NCBI GenBank assembly: GCA_051362555.1
Contig: CM120640.1
Coordinates: 18,414,001-18,478,000 of the forward strand
Reading direction: 5' to 3'
Length of the DNA: 64,000 bases
From: Lingula anatina
Taxonomy: Eukaryota > Animalia > Brachiopoda
The notes under the pieces were generated by a model. The model was given only the letters and a program-made list of their open reading frames with translations. It searched no databases and was not told where the DNA came from. The position numbers and the translations under genes were made by a program. Shown here in pieces: positions 39,843 through 52,596 of the stretch (positions within the stretch are counted from its first letter, which is position 1; the number at the start of each line of letters is the position of its first letter).

Positions 39843-40705
39843 TGAGATAGATATGAGTACATAACCGAGGATCAAAAGCTATAACCATAATAATATTCTT
39901 TCAGTTAATAAGAAATCATTTAAACAAAATGAATGAAAGGCACAGACCTCTTTCATATCCACTTTCTGTGAATGTAAAGCTTCTCTGAAGCCTATCATTC
40001 CTAATTTCCAACCATTTGCATCTGTGAATGTGCAGCCACTGGTCTGAAGTGACTGGCAAACTGGCTGCCCCTCAGTTATGTTGAAGTGCAAACCTGCAAA
40101 AAGTTAAATATTAACACTGTAACAAAATTAAACCAATGGTTGGTGTAAAATGACTGAAGTTATAAGTTTATAAGAATGATGCCATGTTTTTTGTTTGGTC
40201 CTATCTAGGACCCATGAAAAATCTTTCATGGTCCGAAACTATATATACCTATATTCTAGACCATTTTTTAGAAGTGGCTTATATGACATTTATTTAAAAA
40301 TTGTTCATGTGTTAACTTTGAGTGCCTGATACGGTGGCTGGACTGTATCCTCCCCAGGGAGGCGAGAGCGTCACATCCATTATTCATATTTATGTACCAC
40401 TTTCACCCCATGGGTTACAATTTTGAAATAAAGTTATTATTATATTAAAAATAAATAAATCTGAACTTTTTAAAATCTCTTTTGTGGTTTTACATCAATA
40501 AACCTATAATACTTTATCTCAATTTACACCTACCCACAGATATGTTATATTCAGAAATAAGTTCAGCAGCTTGTTGGGCAGCTTGACCACTGACCATTAA
40601 GGTCGTACTTGTAACAGCCCCTGCCTTGTAACATTGAACAATGCCTTTGTTCCTCTCCTCACAGTAACCAAAGTCATCAGCATTGATGATTAGGTGCTTC
40701 TTCAT
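38194..40705 (-). CDS. YDJC: YdjC/ChbG-family carbohydrate deacetylase, copy 1 (303 aa)
   Basis: Exons 40534-40705, 39948-40093, 39476-39575, 38759-38930, 38194-38515. Motifs [46 protein letters not shown]. Confidence 0.93.
39241..39403. mobile_element. Degenerate MITE in YdjC copy 1 intron 3
   Basis: Inverted ends CATTCAGATTCA / TGAATCTGAATG. The segment is absent from the paralogous intron of copy 2. Confidence 0.6.
39805..39840. repeat. (TG)n microsatellite
   Basis: Direct reading. Confidence 0.95.
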
Positions 40706-42974
40706 TACTGCAAAAAAAATTTTTTTAGGGAATATTTGGATCAATCTAACATAAGAGTGGTGATTACTGAAATGGAAAATGTGTCATCATTTAGATTTTT
40801 TCTTGTTTTATCAAATAGGTCAATGGAAGAATAACCATTTGAACCCATCACTAATCACTTGCTAAGTTACATTTACAAGTAAAAAAAATCCAGGTTGTGT
40901 GGTCTTAATGGGAGTCTAGCCTAAGGCCAGGAAATGTAAGAAAAGGTGTAATCAGCTCTCTTTCAACCTTCCAAAAAGCAAATTTGAATAAAAATGAGGA
41001 TGAATTAAGTTGAACTTGAAGTACATCAGATTATACACAAAGGAGCAACTGGTTTAAAGAGAGATTTATTTCTTGTATGATGGTCCAAGGTATTAAAGAA
41101 GCAGTTTAGGAGCTACAAAATTATATAATTATTGTCATCATTAAAATGCAGCACGTTTTTGGGCTTTAATATCAAGCACAGAAAAAAGAGACAATCTGAG
41201 ACAAAAGAATGATTGGTCCTTATAAGAAAAAAATTATTTTAATAATCATAATGAGGTCCAGCAAAAAAGAAAGAAAGAAAGAAAGAAAGAAATTTGAATA
41301 TCTTCCTGCAAGTGCAATATAAACGTTTACCTAATTGAAATTGTTTTGTGCTGCGCCACCTGCAAGATGACTGCACTGATCAAGACAGATGATATATCAC
41401 TGGAAAGCCAAAATAATCAAATTACAGCCATGCCAGCTTAACTTCACATCATCACTGATTTAAACCAAAACTCAACAAAACAGAATTGTAGAAACATTCA
41501 TTCTGTTATTTATTCTACGTTGAGCGCACGTCACTGTCAAAACAGTATAGATTTACTGTTTCCAGTACATTGAACAGTATAGGAAAGACAAGATACAGCC
41601 AAGATACCTAGAGTTCACTTGTCGTCGTCAAACAGGCTGCTGCCGCCGTGCCATTTGCATGACCTTGCTTTATCTGCAGGCATGACCTCGTCCTAGATTG
41701 TTTCTGATACAGAATATTTGAGACTCGCTTTATTGCAAAGAAAAGACAAAAAAATATTCAAGACAAAACGAGAACCGCATTGTGCAACTAAATGCATTTG
41801 GACGCGTCAATGAAATAGTAACCAATTCAAATCTTTACCCCAGTTCTATTTCTCCATAGTGTTCAAACCGTTTAAAAATTATTGAAAAATGCGCTGAGGT
41901 TCAAATGCACACTCACATTTTCTTTGGTTTCAAAATGCGTTTGGTTTAGAAATGCGGTTCAACCGTTTCCTCCAGCGATGTGTCACAGATCATGTTTTAT
42001 GATAGTAATACTTTTGAATAAATGAACAGAAAAGAGAGCTCTGCGATCATCTGATGTACGTAGTTCTTGCATTTCATCCGGGTCTAATATTTCAGATCAT
42101 CTCGGTAATTCTGCAGATGAGGGTCTAATAGTAAAAACTGGTCTCATAACGATATACTGATCTGCAGTCCTCATTAAATTTCTTTCCCTGTCACGTTTTA
42201 TAGGAATATTCAGCAATGCCTCTCCAGTTGGGACAATAGTAAAATACCATAAAAGTTACTAATCTCAATGCATCATAGGCTATTTTATAATTTTAATCAT
42301 AACTTTTATAATTATAATGAAAATTATTATCATAATTAAAAATTACAATTTTAATCTAATACTATATATATAAATTTCTATATCCTTATTTGTGCATTTA
42401 ATGTGTAATGTGTAATGATACCAGTCTGAAGAACGATATCCCGAATTTATTGAAATATTCCTTCGGGAATGCGCACCCAGCCGCAAACAAGGATGAGTTG
42501 ATTTTTCTGAACATTGACCAAAATCTACATAGTATAGACAAAGAAACGGTCACAAGAAGAGGCAGGCTTCCCATGAATCCTCTTTATTATATAGTTTTAA
42601 ACTATAGTTTATTTTTTATTTTTGAGAGGAGAGCCATTTGTAGCTCTTTTCTCGGTGCATTGTTAAACAGAATTCTAAAGCATATATTTTAGTTTTAAAT
42701 TTTGTTCATATCTATCCCGTTAGTTATCTTATGCTGCTCACGTCTAATATAACAGTTGAAAATCGGTCTCTATATTTTTCCAATAACAGAATACGTGCAT
42801 TGGTGAATCACGTGAAGAAAATCCCTTTAAGGTAAAACAAATTGTGACGTCACTGAGCCGTGCCGTCGTTGCGTAGTAACGCAAAAGTTATCGCAGACAT
42901 ACTGCAGCACAGGCGAAAAAATGCAGAGATTTTTGTTTTACTAAAACAAAGCAAAAATGATAATTACGTCACAT

Positions 42975-45900
42975 ATGGCCTTTTTAGGCATGAAAAACAT
43001 CTACAACTATATTTTTCACAGAGAAACATTTGAACTAGAATACGAGGTGAGTTGTTGTTTTTTTTTTTAATGAGTAAAAAGGGAGAGTCACCCACTCGGT
43101 TTTGTATGAAACTTTGTAAAAATCTTATGTTCTCTTTTTGTCAGCTTTTTGCTAAGCAAAATTATATTTGCATAATTGCAAAGTGGAACTGATTTACATG
43201 CAATGTCTGTGGCGGATTCAGGGGGGAGTCAGAGGTGTCCTGACCCCCCCCCCCCCCCCCCTTCGATTTCTAAAATAATCACACCAAAGGTCCCCTCTTC
43301 AAATTAGAAATTTGGCTAGCTGAATCATAGTTCGCCCTCTAAAATACCCAAAATTTTCCGGGCCCTTCAGCGGGCCCCGAACCCCACGCCAAGGGAGGGG
43401 ATGGGGGAGAGGATCGGCTTCGCATCCGCAGACCCCCCGTGCAAATAATCCTGGATCCGCCCATGCAATGTGATATAGTTTTCAACCTTAAGGATAAACG
43501 GAAGGAAACTAAAATAGTTCCAAATTTCAGAAGTATGTTTAATGATTGAATATCTTTTAATTCATATCTAGGTCCGAGGACTTTTCCAACAGGAAGACAC
43601 GCTGCTTCCGATCTTAGGACGAGGAGGGTTCGGCACAGTGTACAAGGTATTATGATGTTAACTATTGTGATGGTGATGCAAGCTGATATATATACATGTA
43701 TATATATATCACAATAAAAGAATAAAAATTGAGAGATCGAAAATTAGTTTATAGACCCTAGTTTAAAAATTTTCGTTATTTAAGGTATACCTTGCTGATA
43801 AATGGGATTTAAAATTATCTTGCTATATAAGATACTAAAGCGCAAAGTATGGATTTAAGCAAGTATATCCTACTTAACATTCGAAATATTCTATATTTAG
43901 CTTAGAAACAACCTGGCTATGAAAGTGCCAAAATGCATGGAATACGGTTACCATATCCGAGAAGAAGTGATCGTTATGAAGCTAGCGCACAGCGACTTTG
44001 TTTTGGGGTATTTGAACTGCTGTATATATTTGTAAACCAATAACAATTGATTTTGAATTTTTAATTAGTTCACACGGTTGTTACCTTTGTCAAATATACC
44101 TTTTAAATATTGATTCATATCTTCAGATGTTTGATGCAATTTGACGGAGGATGATTAACAGTTGGTACGAGCTTTTAAAATTAAATCACAAAGAAAGAAA
44201 GAGTGTCAGTTGAGGCAGAGAGTCCGCAGGCGTGAAATGAATCGAAGAAAAAAGTTTTAATTTGTGAAATCATTTGGTTCCAGGCTTGTCCACTCTTTTG
44301 ATGTCAGACCAGAGCTAACGGTCTTAATTTCGGAAATATGTCCAATGGACCTGGAGGCCCTAAAAGAATACTGCGAAAGAAATTTGTAAGTTATTTTTCT
44401 TTTTCTAAATGCCCAGATTTCTTTCATATTCTCCCATCCCCTCTTTTTTTAATGGCATTATCCCTAGATTTAATGCATTTTCCTTTATTTCGACAAGAGC
44501 AAGTTCTGATACAGTTGCTTTTATTCATTTTTAGCGACGCAGTTCCTCTCCGGATGGTGCAATTTATTGCCACGTGCGTCTGTAAGGCAATTGACCATTT
44601 ACACCAACTGCACATGGCACACTGCGACATCAAGGATAACAATGTCTTGATCAGTCAGCAAGGGATCCCCAAATTGGTGAGATGTTCGCTGGCGACATTT
44701 TTGCTCGAAAAACGTCTGATTCTGAATAAAAATGCTAGATATCATTTTATATTTATTTTATTTTTGTTATCTCTTGTTATCTATTATCTTTGTTATCTAT
44801 TTGATTGGCTAAATAAACTTTAATCTTCTCTCTTATCGATATTAGATAATATTTTAGATAATAATTCGCTTTTCGATCTAACTGGATTTTTACGTCCGTA
44901 GTACAGCACATGAAATGAGTATTATGACTAACAGAACTTGTTTTTAAGTTTTCTTTAACTTCAACGTAATGTATTTCTGTTATTCTCTTCTCTTTTCCAT
45001 TCATTTACGAATATTTATATTTTTCAGTGTGATCTGGGGTCGGCTCACCCATTGACCGAGGATGGGGAAAGTATTTGGGGACCGGGATTAGTGAACTTCA
45101 CCCTCCTTAAAAATCTGACCCCTGAAGTCCTGACTGGCACCTCCGCCTCCTGGAAAGTAGATTTCTATGCTCTTGGTGTCATGTTGTTTGAGTTACTCGA
45201 AGGCAGGTAAGAAAGGGACTTACATGTACGTGGTTAGCATGAATTAGAAACTGATAGCCATATCGGTGTCCTTATCAAATTTTTTGAAAGACTACTAGAC
45301 CAAATATACAGGTTTTTATTTTAAAAAAAATTGCATAATTATAGAAAGGGAGCATTTTGTATGCCATGTCTATCAGAATATTACATCTCAATGTCTATTC
45401 AGACACCCTCTGTGGATTGAAGTTCCCAGCAAGCGTGAAGCCACTCGGAAAATCTTGCATGGAACCATCATCTACACAGATACAGATTATGTCTTCAGGG
45501 ACCTTATTGACAGTCTAGTTTGGTGTGTAATACGTTATTGTGACTATGAGTTATCTGATTTTGTAAATTAATATTTTTGAATATTGGTTTATAACTGTGA
45601 AATACTTTACATGTTTTAAAACCAGTTTAAGCATCGTTCTGTTTGATATAAATGTGAATAATGTTCATATTTAGTCATTTTTTAAAGTATTGTCGACAGT
45701 TTTCAATACACTATGTAAATATCTAAATGCGTTTTCCCTTATTTTGTTTCAGTGACTTGGACCAAAGACTAGACAATATGGATGATATCTTATATCATGA
45801 GTAAGAATCATTATGTTTTTTACTCCAATATTTATGAAAGCTTCTTTATCATGAGCCAAACTTTCTAATACGCATCAATTATTTCTTGCTTATTTTGAAA

Positions 45901-46491
45901 ATTTAATTTGTTAATCTTATTTTTCGTTTTATTGTATTTTTTTATTCAATTCTTTTCTTTTTATTTATTTATTTGCTGCAGTTGGCTATTCGACTATTAT
46001 GTAAATGACTTTCCAGACGACTTGGTCACTTCTCCCATTTTGAGCATTGCTCAGGTAAAGGGTCGCTTGAACTTTTTCTTTTTGCTTTTATGCAGCTCAA
46101 AACAAAATAAATTGGCGAAATGAATGGCAAATGAGATAAACCTCGACCTATTTAAGTATATTTACATTGTGCATATGCAAAACAGCGAAATGTCAGCGAA
46201 ATTGTTCGTGACGGACACAGAATTCATAGCTTACAAATGTTCACTGTAGAACACAAGATGCCCTGCTGGTGTAACATATTTGAATTCTGTCTTTTACTGG
46301 CTGATTATATTCTTTTCTTTTATTTATCAATTTTTTCTATTGTTATTTTGTTTCTTTAGGAGGTAATGACCAACGATGAGATGGTTTTGACACCGCTGAA
46401 TGAACACAGCAGCGTACACAGTGAAACCAGTGAATCCGACTCCGATTTGGCAGAAATTCTGGCCTTTTACAACGAAGCCAGCGATGGTTAG
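42975..46491 (+). CDS. Divergent Ser/Thr protein kinase (non-RD), about 349 aa
   Basis: Exons 42975-43046, 43572-43646, 43901-44007, 44284-44385, 44535-44676, 45028-45206, 45403-45522, 45753-45800, 45982-46054, 46360-46491. All GT-AG, phases consistent, 1050 nt. Motifs LGRGGFGTVYK, LAMK, REE, HCDIKDNNVL, CDLG, LTPE, DFYALGVMLFELLEGRHP, QRL. AATAAA at 46736. Confidence 0.88.
43207..43465. mobile_element. MITE with C(A/T)GTGGCGGAT(C/T)CAGG-type TIRs in kinase intron 1
   Basis: Ends CTGTGGCGGATTCAGG / CCTGGATCCGCCCATG, TSD CAATGT (43201-43206, 43466-43471). Homologous to 52313-52596 and 57301-57411. Confidence 0.88.
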
Positions 46492-48539
46492 GAGACTTCT
46501 GTCAACTGACAATTATATAAATATTACAATTACTTCATATTATCCATATCGAATATTTACTATATAGTATTGACTCAATGGATTAGATATTGGGTCAGTG
46601 CATTCACTACCTTCTAATTTTCCTTATGTATATATGCTATGTACAATGTATTTTGTGGCATTATTTGACAACGTTTGTTTAAAATACATATATACGTGCC
46701 AAAACGAAATGTTGTATTAAAAGTAGCATTCCACCAATAAAACATACCAATAGGCTTGTATTTATGTATACTTCGCAGTATACATACATACAGTACAAAG
46801 AAAACTTAATGTTCGTATCTAAATCATTTACAAGAGACGGGCCTTGCACTTGGTTATGAAAGTGTGCGTTAAAACCCAGATCGTCCCCATCGGGAAATAT
46901 AGAAAATAGGTCTATCTTGCTCGTGGTGTTAGAAGTCCAATCGGTTAAACTTAAACCAAAATATCTTTAACGACACCAACTTAGTCGGGAGAAGGTGACA
47001 CACTGCAATTTAAAATATAAGTAATAATATAATATATAGGCCTACATTTAGTATCATTTACACATACTTTTCCTACAGCAGATAATAAATGTTCGTACTG
47101 TAAATCATGAAACCTTGTTTTTTTTTGTTTTTTTTAATCTTATTGTAGAAAGTCGAGCATATTACGGGGAATATTGCACTGTTCACACACCTGAGAACGT
47201 TGACGATACTCGTGGACACTGCACCTTAAGGCAAATTCTAAGAGGTTTAAACAGTTCCTAATTTTACAAAAACGCTAGATTTGTGCCTTTCAATATTGGG
47301 GCATCTTATTTTTCTGCTTGTCTAAGGATCTGGTAAGTTTAGGAAATTCATCAGTGTGGTTAATGGAGTTAATCTAGTTCCTCCAATACAAAGGTGACAG
47401 ACTTCTCGAATTCTGTGTTTCATCTCAATCATCTGTACTTTATTTTCTCCAAAAAAAAGACTTTTCTGTCCAGTATCTGAATTTTTCTACTATGATATCA
47501 AGTTTTGTAGCTTTAACATATTAAAATCTAATTTTCTATGTATTTCAGAGAACTGTTCGCCGATAAAACTGATCGATAGTAGTGTTGACGTTTTAGGTTG
47601 TAGATTATCTTTTCTGGTTGCTTAACTAGTCCTCATTGTATTGTGGCCCATAGCCTTTGCGTTACGAATATAGCCCTTGCGTTACTTATAATTGTCGCTA
47701 CTTTAAGTCTTAAGATTTTCCTCATTTCCGTCATAAATATAGTTCCTGTGCAGTAAAATTCCCCTTCGAGCAGTCAAAATTTTGCGTAATTTTCGTCGAA
47801 ACTTCCATTTTTATCGGAGTTATAATAGTGAACGTCTGTCCACCTTGACCTCTGTTCTCCAGCTAACTACATGTACATGTACATGTACGTGAACCGCATG
47901 CCGACAAAACTGTGCAATTTGTAATGATTTTAAAAAGAAAAAAAAAGAAAAAAAAAAGAAAAAAAAAAAACTCAATGTTGGTAAAATTTAATTTGTCAAC
48001 TGAATATGGAAGTATACCGTTTCATTGAGGCGTCAATCTAATAATGATTTTAGTAAAATTAGGGTCCTGTTGACTCAATGAAATCATGACTTTATTAGCT
48101 GCTCAGCAATCTCTGTTACATGTATCTGCACGTGATCATTACATGTCTGTATCAGTGTGTTTCAGTATCCTGTTTCAAATAATTTTGAAATGAAACATTT
48201 TGACACGTATCAGAAAACTTATATTGGAGTAGATTTTACGTTAAAATAGCAATGACAAGTGATGTTTGTCTTTGCCACTATCATAATAAAATGAAAAAAA
48301 TAAATATGTTTACTTTGTCTGTATATCTGATTATTCTGATAAGGATATCATAATATAATACTAAAGGAGTTTTACTGAAAAGTTCCCTATTTTATGGAAT
48401 AAAAATTATCATTAACTCTATACTACACTGTATTGGTGAATATATAAACTAGATAAGATCAATTCAGTTTTTTTCTCTTTTGCTCCCTGTTATATTTCAA
48501 AACTGTTATTGTAATTGTTTGAACTTCATGTCACCTGTC

Positions 48540-51500
48540 TCACAAATCTTCAAATGAGATCAGTTCTATACCTTCCTCTTTATAGAACTGTCTCATGCTC
48601 TCATTTATTACTGCTTTACATTCATAAAGCCTCGCTGCTGGATTGCCATCTGGTTGGATTGCCGCAGCGCCACCTTTGCCGTCCCATCTTATAAACCCAG
48701 GGTGGACCATCCATTCACACGACACCGAAGATTTATCCTTATTTATGGTATTATCTGGTGAGAAAAATGCTTTCAGTGTACTCTGGATTCGTTCTTCTGT
48801 CATATCAAAGCCAATGGTGGTCATGCCAAGGAAATGATCAGTTGACCTGAGAAATGAAACCAACAATTTTAAGATGAATCAAATTTAATGTAGTTAAAAG
48901 GGCAATACTTTAAATTTGAGGAATGGACAATAACAGGCCAATTTCTTCTTTCAGTTATCATAGAAAAAAAAAACTTTTCTAATATCTGTACCATAGTTGG
49001 TAAGCAAAAAAGAAAACAAGGCAGCAGGGCTGTCAAATGTTTAAACAAAAAGCAGAAACTAATGAAGCACAAAATAGGGTTATTGTCAACTTCGATTTAA
49101 TATAACATCATGCTTAACTGCAAGTTTTAATTATGCAACAGGTAAAACAGATGTTAAGACTAGAGGAAAGGGCAGCAATACCTCCACCAGATATTATACC
49201 ACCAGTCAGATTATGTTCATTTAAGTTAAATGGTACATGTAGTTATGGATTTATCTGTTTTAGTTGCAGAGAAATAGGGGCAAGTAATTATTTTGTCGAT
49301 TTTGATTCAATAATGCCTTACAGTAAAATACACCAAATTTTAATTATGCACAAAAGGCAAAACCAATACTAAGACCAGAGGAACAGAGCAGCCATATCAC
49401 CACCAGATATTGTGCCATCTGTCAGATTATAGTCAGTCATGTTAAATGGTAGCTTTTAATATTGTGGAGAAATAGGGACTACATAATATGTGAAGTGCAT
49501 GTGAAAAAGTAGGTCAAAAGTCAAATTCAAGGTCAGATTAAGATTTTCAATGTATGATTTCCTATTCAAATTCAATAGAAACTATGTGCTAGTTTTGGAG
49601 ACATAAGGAGCTGTGTGTTTCACGTGAGAATCTTCACCTTATTCCATTCTGATGAAATAAATACTTGGCTTCAAGAGCACTTTTAACAACTGAAGTGAAG
49701 ATTTGTTTCCGGTCACTATTAAGCCAGGGTACATTGACATCCTCCACTGGAAGTCTGGTGCAGGAAATATTGTGAGTGGATAGGACTTCAGCAAACACTT
49801 CCCTCACTCCTGAATCAAACACTTATATTTGCAATGTATTCAACAGACACATAAAAAAACTTATTTGGTAAAAATATATCTTCTAGTTTTATATCATAAT
49901 TTTATTTAAAAAAAAACTATATGTAAGGCAATAAGTAACCTGGGTTTATTTATAGACTTGTTATTGAAGGTCCATTCTGCACTAAAAAAAATGGCATTAT
50001 TGTCCTATTGAGTAAATATCTTAGAGAGTTTGCCATTATTCAAGGAAGTGTGACAAGGCCTCTCAAAAGGGGGGCGTCTCGATAGTCCGAAGGTTCATTG
50101 GTCCGAAGGTTCATTGGTCCGAAAACTGGTAACATTTTTATCGGTTTTTTTAATCAAGGGTTCATTGGTCCGAAGGTTCTATAGTGAACATTCGGACCAA
50201 TGAACCTTCGGACTATTGAACCTTCAGCTACGGCCCCCTCAAAAGTTGCAACTGTGGAAACCCTATTACTGATCAACAACTTCTAAATGCTACTAACCAT
50301 CCAGGGTGTGGACATGCTGATGTCCATCTACATGATGTGGAAGATGACCACACAAAGACAGGAACTTCTGGAGCTGACTTTCCAACTCTAACTTCACCTA
50401 CAATCAAACAAGACCATTTTAATTAAATTATAATTGTAACACTTCTTTTTTTTTCATGTTTCCATGTAAAACACAAAATTTCTACCTTGCTGCAGTTATG
50501 AGCATATTTAACAATGAATGTATAACATTAATTGAATGCTTACATTTTGAAAATCTGTATTAAGTGAGACAAGATATATACATGTCAAATATAAGTACTT
50601 AACTGAAGATTAACAGCCATTATATTCATGTTTTTTTTTTCCATTCAATAAGGAATCATTTAAAGTTCCATATGAAGCAAGCGTGGACTACATGTAATGT
50701 AAATAAACCACTGCTACTTGTTTCCTATATGACTCAAATAAAGTCTACATTCCACGGGATAAACTAAATTAATTAATTAATCAATCAATGAACCATAAGG
50801 AGTTTTACAATTGTACCTTGTTCACATTTCTCTATGTCAGTTTGACCTTTTCTACCCGGGTCCCTCCAATTCTTAAAAGTGTACCAAATGACACAGTATG
50901 TATGACACATTTTTACTGCATGCTCAATAGCACAATTATTCAAATTTGTTGCCTGCAAAAATGACTGAGGGTTATGTATAGCCCAGAAAGAAAGCATAAA
51001 ATATCTGTATCAAAAGTATCATTTTTGGGAAAATATAAAATGATGCTCTTTGATAATTCCAATAGTTATGAAACGAAACGGGAGCATGTGGTTGGGTTTT
51101 GTGGCAAAAAAATTTACTTCAATTCATCTTGAATAGACAAAAATGCATTTACCTCTTTCATATCCACTTTCTTTGCTATTAAAGCTTCTCTGAAGCCCAT
51201 CTTTCCTAACATTGTGCCATTTGCATCTGTGAATGTGCAGCCACTGGTCTGAAGTGACTGGCAAACTGGCTGCCCCTTAGTTATGTTGAAGTATAAACCT
51301 GCGGAAAATAATATGTTAAAACTGTTAAAAGGTACCTCCAAAGACTGGTGAAAAAAGACAAGAGAAGTATTTTATCTTAACTTGATGAATAATGGTGCTG
51401 TATATTCTTTGTTTGGCCCTAGCCAGCCCCCCCCCCCCCCCCCAAAAAAAAAAAAAATTGTGTGTGCATACATTCTACACCATTCCATAGAACTGGTTTA

Positions 51501-51953
51501 TATATGTTTGAGAAAAAAACTTCTTTGTTATTGTTGTTTGTTTTGTTGTTGATCAAAAATCAAGAATCTTTCTATTTTGAATAATTTTTTCAACATGAGT
51601 TGTCAGAATCCTTTGCTATGTTTTCTCTTTTTCACTATTATTATTATGATTATCATTTTTAACTTGGAAGGAGAATAATGCTGAAAAAAGACAGAACCAG
51701 TTTTCTTCTGATTTTTTTGCTAATCTTTTCTGTGGTGTTGGTTCAATAAATCTATATTTTTCTACCTCCATTTACACTTACCAACAGGTATATTGTACTC
51801 AGAGGCCATCTCAGCAGCTTGTTGGGCAGATTGACCATTGACCATCAAGGTTGCACTAGTAATCGTGCCCATCTTGTAACATTCTACAATGCCTTTGTCC
51901 CTCTCCTCACAGAAACCAAAGTCATCAGCATTGATGATTAGACGCTTTTTCAT
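48540..51953 (-). CDS. YdjC/ChbG-family carbohydrate deacetylase, copy 2 (298 aa)
   Basis: Exons 51782-51953, 51153-51298, 50298-50397, 49638-49809, 48540-48846, with the same phases as copy 1 and an open frame. ADDFG, DGHQHVH and MVHPG retained; GLH changed to GLY. Confidence 0.9.
50070..50237. mobile_element. Foldback-type MITE with subterminal 15-bp repeats
   Basis: Ends GGGGGCGT / ACGGCCCC, repeated GGTTCATTGGTCCGAA and its inverse, exact 8-bp TSD CTCAAAAG (50062-50069, 50238-50245). Confidence 0.88.
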
Positions 51954-52312
51954 TCCTGCAAAAAAAAAAAAGCATATTCAGTAATTAATTAATTAATTAA
52001 AGTGATTACAAAAGGGAGTATTTGGATCAATCTAACACCAGAGCGCTGATTATTGAATAGAAAAATGTTTCATCACTTTTTTTAGTTTAATCACATAGGT
52101 CAACGGAAGAAAAACATTTGAACCTACCAATTATCACTTGCCGAAGTTACTTTAGCATTTTGTGTAATGAAGTAAAACAATTCATTTCAGATCTCATTTG
52201 AACTAAGGTTGTGTGGTCTTTATGCCAGTCTGGCCTAAGTTCGAGAACATAAAACAGTATAAACAGCTTTCTTACCTAAATTGATTTATTCTTTCAATCC
52301 CCCCTCCCCCAA

Positions 52313-52596
52313 CAGGGGCGGATCCAGGATTATTTGAAAGGGGGGGGGGTTCGTGGATGCGAGGCCGACCCTCCCCCCCCCCCTTGGCATGGGGTTCTGG
52401 GCCCGCAAAAGGGCCCCGAAAATTTTGGAATTTTAGAGGGCGAACGGTGCCATTTAGTACGGTTTATCACAATGATTCAGCTAGTCAAAATTCTAATTTC
52501 AAGGGGGGACTATTAGTGTGTGTGTTTTTTTCAGAAATCGAAGTGGGGGGGGGGGCGGTCAGGACCCCCCTGACACCTCCCCTTAGTATCCCACTG
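52313..52596. mobile_element. MITE, inverted copy of the 43207-43465 family
   Basis: CAGGGGCGGATCCAGG...CCCACTG, flanked by CCCAA on both sides. Internal sequence is the reverse complement of the 43207 element. Confidence 0.85.

Noticed and set aside
38194-51953. YdjC genes as a recent bacterial horizontal transfer
   Set aside because: Both have spliceosomal introns and copy 1 resembles animal YDJC.
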